A stretch of DNA of 62,451 bases, counting the filler. It is 6 parts of 6 records of this genome, joined end to end, with 100 filler letters (N's around TTAATTAATTAA, not from the genome) between each part and the next. Parts side by side here need not be neighbours in the genome. Positions count along the whole stretch, not along the records: positions 56,307 to 62,451 come from DRR723986_6326; 5 more parts are not named here. The stretch is one strand, 5' to 3'. Shown in pieces: positions 60,097-62,451 of this stretch. The first letter of the stretch is position 1. Every line of letters begins with the position of its first letter. The notes beneath the pieces are model-generated. The model was given only the letters and a program-made list of their open reading frames with translations, made no database searches and was not told the origin of the DNA. Position numbers and translations under genes: made by a program.

Positions 60097-61122
60097 ATGG
60101 CACAGTATTTTCGCCCCCTCGTGCAAAGCGGCCCCCACCGCCCCGATGACGCCTTGCCACTGGCGGGCGGGCCTTTGTGGTTTACCCATGCCCAGCAGCT
60201 GTCGCGCGCGGGGCAGGGGCCGATCGTGCCCGCCCACACCCTGCCCGCGGCCTGGCGCCAGCGCCTGAGCGCGCCGCGCGCGCCGATGGCCGGGCTCACG
60301 TTTGCGCGCCCGCAGGTGATGGGCATTTTGAACGCCACACCAGACAGTTTTTCCGATGGGGGGCAGTTTTTTGACCCGGCCGATGCGCTGGCCCATGCCG
60401 CCCAGATGGTGGCCGATGGCGTGGATATCATCGATATCGGTGGCGAAAGCACCCGCCCCGGCGCCGAAACCGTGCCCCCCACAGCCGAGGCCGCGCGCGT
60501 GTGCCCGGTGGTGGCGGGCATGCGTGCGGCCCACGGGGCCTTGCCCATCTCGGTGGATACGCGCAAGGCCAGCGTGGCCGAGGCCGCCCTGGCCGCAGGC
60601 GCCACGCTGGTAAACGATGTGTCGGGTTTTACCTATGACCCCGCGTTGGCGCCCCTATGTGCGGCGCAAAACACCCCCGTTTGCGTGATGCATGCGCAGG
60701 GCGATCCGCAGACCATGCAGCAAAACCCGCGCTATGAAAACGTGCTGCTGGATGTTTACGATTTTCTAGAGGCCCAGGTGCACAGCCTGACGGCAGCGGG
60801 CATCGCGCGCGATCAGATCATGGTAGACCCGGGCATCGGGTTTGGCAAAACGCTGGATCACAACCTGGCCTTGCTGGCGGGAATGTCGCTGTTTCATGGC
60901 TTGGGTTGCCCCATTTTATTGGGTGTGTCGCGCAAGAAATTCATCGCCACTTTGGGCCATGCGCCAGAACCCGCACAGCGCATGCCTGGCTCGATCGCGG
61001 TGGCGCTGGCGGGGGTGGCGCAGGGGGTGCAGGTGTTGCGGGTGCATGATGTGCGCGAAACCGTATCGGCCCTGGCCTTGTGGCAGGCAGTGCATTGGGG
61101 CGCGCCGCCCGCGGCCAACTAG
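60097..61122 (+). CDS. folP: Dihydropteroate synthase
   Basis: 'MGILNATPDSFSDGG', 'IGGESTRPGA', 'DPGIGFGK', 'SRK', 'RVHDV'. Confidence 0.96.
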   Translation: MAQYFRPLVQSGPHRPDDALPLAGGPLWFTHAQQLSRAGQGPIVPAHTLPAAWRQRLSAPRAPMAGLTFARPQVMGILNATPDSFSDGGQFFDPADALAHAAQMVADGVDIIDIGGESTRPGAETVPPTAEAARVCPVVAGMRAAHGALPISVDTRKASVAEAALAAGATLVNDVSGFTYDPALAPLCAAQNTPVCVMHAQGDPQTMQQNPRYENVLLDVYDFLEAQVHSLTAAGIARDQIMVDPGIGFGKTLDHNLALLAGMSLFHGLGCPILLGVSRKKFIATLGHAPEPAQRMPGSIAVALAGVAQGVQVLRVHDVRETVSALALWQAVHWGAPPAAN

Positions 61123-62036
61123 GCGCTTCGGCGCGCAAATAACCGCTTTAAGGCGCCAAATTGCGATATCGCCACCCCGCATAGAATAAGCACCATTGCC
61201 ACCAGCAGGCTGGCATGTACCGGCTCACCCAGCAAGATGACGCCCAGCAAAACCGACCAAAGCGGCACCTGATAATTTGTCAGGCTCATAAAAACCGGCC
61301 CGGCGCTGCGGATCACCGAGATACGCAGCATATTGGCCGCAGCTGTGGGCACCAGCCCCAGAAAGGCCAGCAGCAAAAACCCATAGCCGCCGGGGCTGGG
61401 GGGGCGCCCCTCGATCGCCAGGGCCAGGCCCAGCACAAATACCGCGCCAATCAGCAAGGTGATGGCCGACAGGCCCAGCGGATCGATGGCAGGCAGGCGG
61501 CGCATCAACACCGATGACATCGCATAGCAGCTGGCCGCCCCCACGCAGGCCAAACGCCCCCAGATTTCCACCTGCGATCCGCTGCTGGCAAAAGCATTTG
61601 GCCCGATCAGCACCAGCACCCCGCAAAACCCGATCAAAAACCCCAGCAAGCGCCGCAGGGTAATACGCTCGCCCGGCACCAAGACATGGGCCAAGGGCAG
61701 CACGATCAGCCCCACCGCCGCCATGCTGACGCCGGCAAACCCGGCGGTGACATATTGCTGTCCCCAGGCCAACAGCATGAAGGGCACCGCGGTAGACAAC
61801 AGCCCAATCACCACCAGGTTTGGCCAATCAGCCTGCGCGCCCAAAAATAGCCGCCCCCCCCGCAGATGCCAGATGGCGGTGGTCAGCACCGCGGCAAAGC
61901 CGATCCGCGCAGCGGCAATCCAAAACGGCGTCATCAGATCTAGCGCCAGTTCTGTCACCAAAAACGTGCCGCCCCAAACCAGCCCCAATGTGGCCACCAT
62001 AGCCCAGCTTTTTCCCGTGATATCAGGCTGTTGCAT
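61119..62036 (-). CDS. DMT/EamA family transporter
   Basis: About ten TM segments, 'WG.TF', two EamA repeats. Start MQQPD at 62036. Confidence 0.88.
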   Translation of the reverse strand: MQQPDITGKSWAMVATLGLVWGGTFLVTELALDLMTPFWIAAARIGFAAVLTTAIWHLRGGRLFLGAQADWPNLVVIGLLSTAVPFMLLAWGQQYVTAGFAGVSMAAVGLIVLPLAHVLVPGERITLRRLLGFLIGFCGVLVLIGPNAFASSGSQVEIWGRLACVGAASCYAMSSVLMRRLPAIDPLGLSAITLLIGAVFVLGLALAIEGRPPSPGGYGFLLLAFLGLVPTAAANMLRISVIRSAGPVFMSLTNYQVPLWSVLLGVILLGEPVHASLLVAMVLILCGVAISQFGALKRLFARRSA

Positions 62037-62046
62037 CGCTATCCCC

Positions 62047-62079
62047 AAAATAAAACAACCCCGGGCCAGGCCGGGGTTG
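62047..62079 (-). terminator. Intrinsic terminator downstream of ilvC
   Basis: Minus strand CAACCCCGG-cctggc-CCGGGGTTG then TTTTATTTT. Confidence 0.7.
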
Positions 62080-62130
62080 GCCCGGGCGCATGCGCGCCCG
62101 GCCACCGCCGCCAGCCGGGGCTGGCAGCCT

Positions 62131-62178
62131 GTGTTTTGGCCAGTGTTTTGGCCAGTGTTTTGGCCTTAGTTTTTGGCC
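62131..62178. repeat. Short 12-bp tandem repeat (GTGTTTTGGCCA, about 3 copies) plus a variant overlapping the ilvC stop
   Basis: gtgttttggcca gtgttttggcca gtgttttggcc tta gtttttggcc. Confidence 0.8.
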
Positions 62179-62450
62179 TTATCCACCATTTTGCCCGCGG
62201 AAATCCACGGCATCATATCGCGCAGTTTTTGGCCAACCTGCTCGATCTGGTGTTCGTCGTTGATGCGGCGGGTGGCCTTGAAGAAGGGCTGGCCTACCGA
62301 ATTTTCCTGCATGAAATCGCGCACGAATTTGCCGCGCTGGATATCTGTCAGCACTTCTTTCATACGCGCCTTGGTTTCGTCGTAAGGCAGAATGCGCGGG
62401 CCCGAAACATATTCGCCATATTCGGCGGTGTTCGAGATCGAGTAGTTCAT
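62166..62450 (-). CDS. ilvC: Ketol-acid reductoisomerase C-terminus (5'-truncated)
   Basis: '[12 protein letters not shown]', 'DIQ.GKF', 'H.IE.VG..LR.MMPWI'. Confidence 0.93.
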   Translation of the reverse strand: MNYSISNTAEYGEYVSGPRILPYDETKARMKEVLTDIQRGKFVRDFMQENSVGQPFFKATRRINDEHQIEQVGQKLRDMMPWISAGKMVDKAKN

Positions 62451-62451
62451 G

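Overview
The window is not one locus. It is six unrelated contig fragments joined by artificial 100-nt spacers (44 N + TTAATTAATTAA + 44 N) at 9999-10098, 23167-23266, 34077-34176, 44886-44985 and 56207-56306, apparently from at least three marine proteobacteria. (1) 1-9998, Marinobacter-like gammaproteobacterium: heme uptake operon (tandem-domain HmuY, hmuSTUV), trmL, thiolase, folM, cca, flgP-flgT. (2) 10099-23166, Roseibium/Labrenzia-like: sugar ABC ATPase end, a secreted peptidoglycan-binding trypsin protease, a three-gene transglutaminase/DUF2126 amidoligase/CP-ATP-grasp-alpha-E operon, an orphan solute-binding protein, kynA, a Liv-type binding protein and REP-like palindromes. (3) 23267-34076, Rhodobacteraceae housekeeping: rpsU, RidA-GDPD-DUF482-PCD, lpxK, divergent waaA, IMPase, pmbA, DUF2125, SDR, crotonase, HNH. 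(4) 34177-44885, Rhodobacteraceae: dimethylglycine dehydrogenase-like gene, membrane LytTR, corC, xerD, aroKB, porin, tig. (5) 44986-56206: kynA end, FMN glutamate-synthase-like gene, iorAB, puuD-like, glcG, glcB, DUF2256, photolyase, pepN. (6) 56307-62451: PPDK-like gene, SleB hydrolase, folB, folP, DMT, ilvC end. I saw no rRNA, tRNA, CRISPR array or transposase. The best leads are the putative peptide-ligation/tagging operon (12176-18865), a PPDK homolog whose ATP-grasp catalytic residues are lost while the phospho-His and PEP domains are intact, a FolB fused to an amino-acid-kinase-like domain, a candidate sRNA at about 35366-35450 and twin inverted hairpins at 42268-42590. All assignments come from motif recognition by eye; no searches were run.
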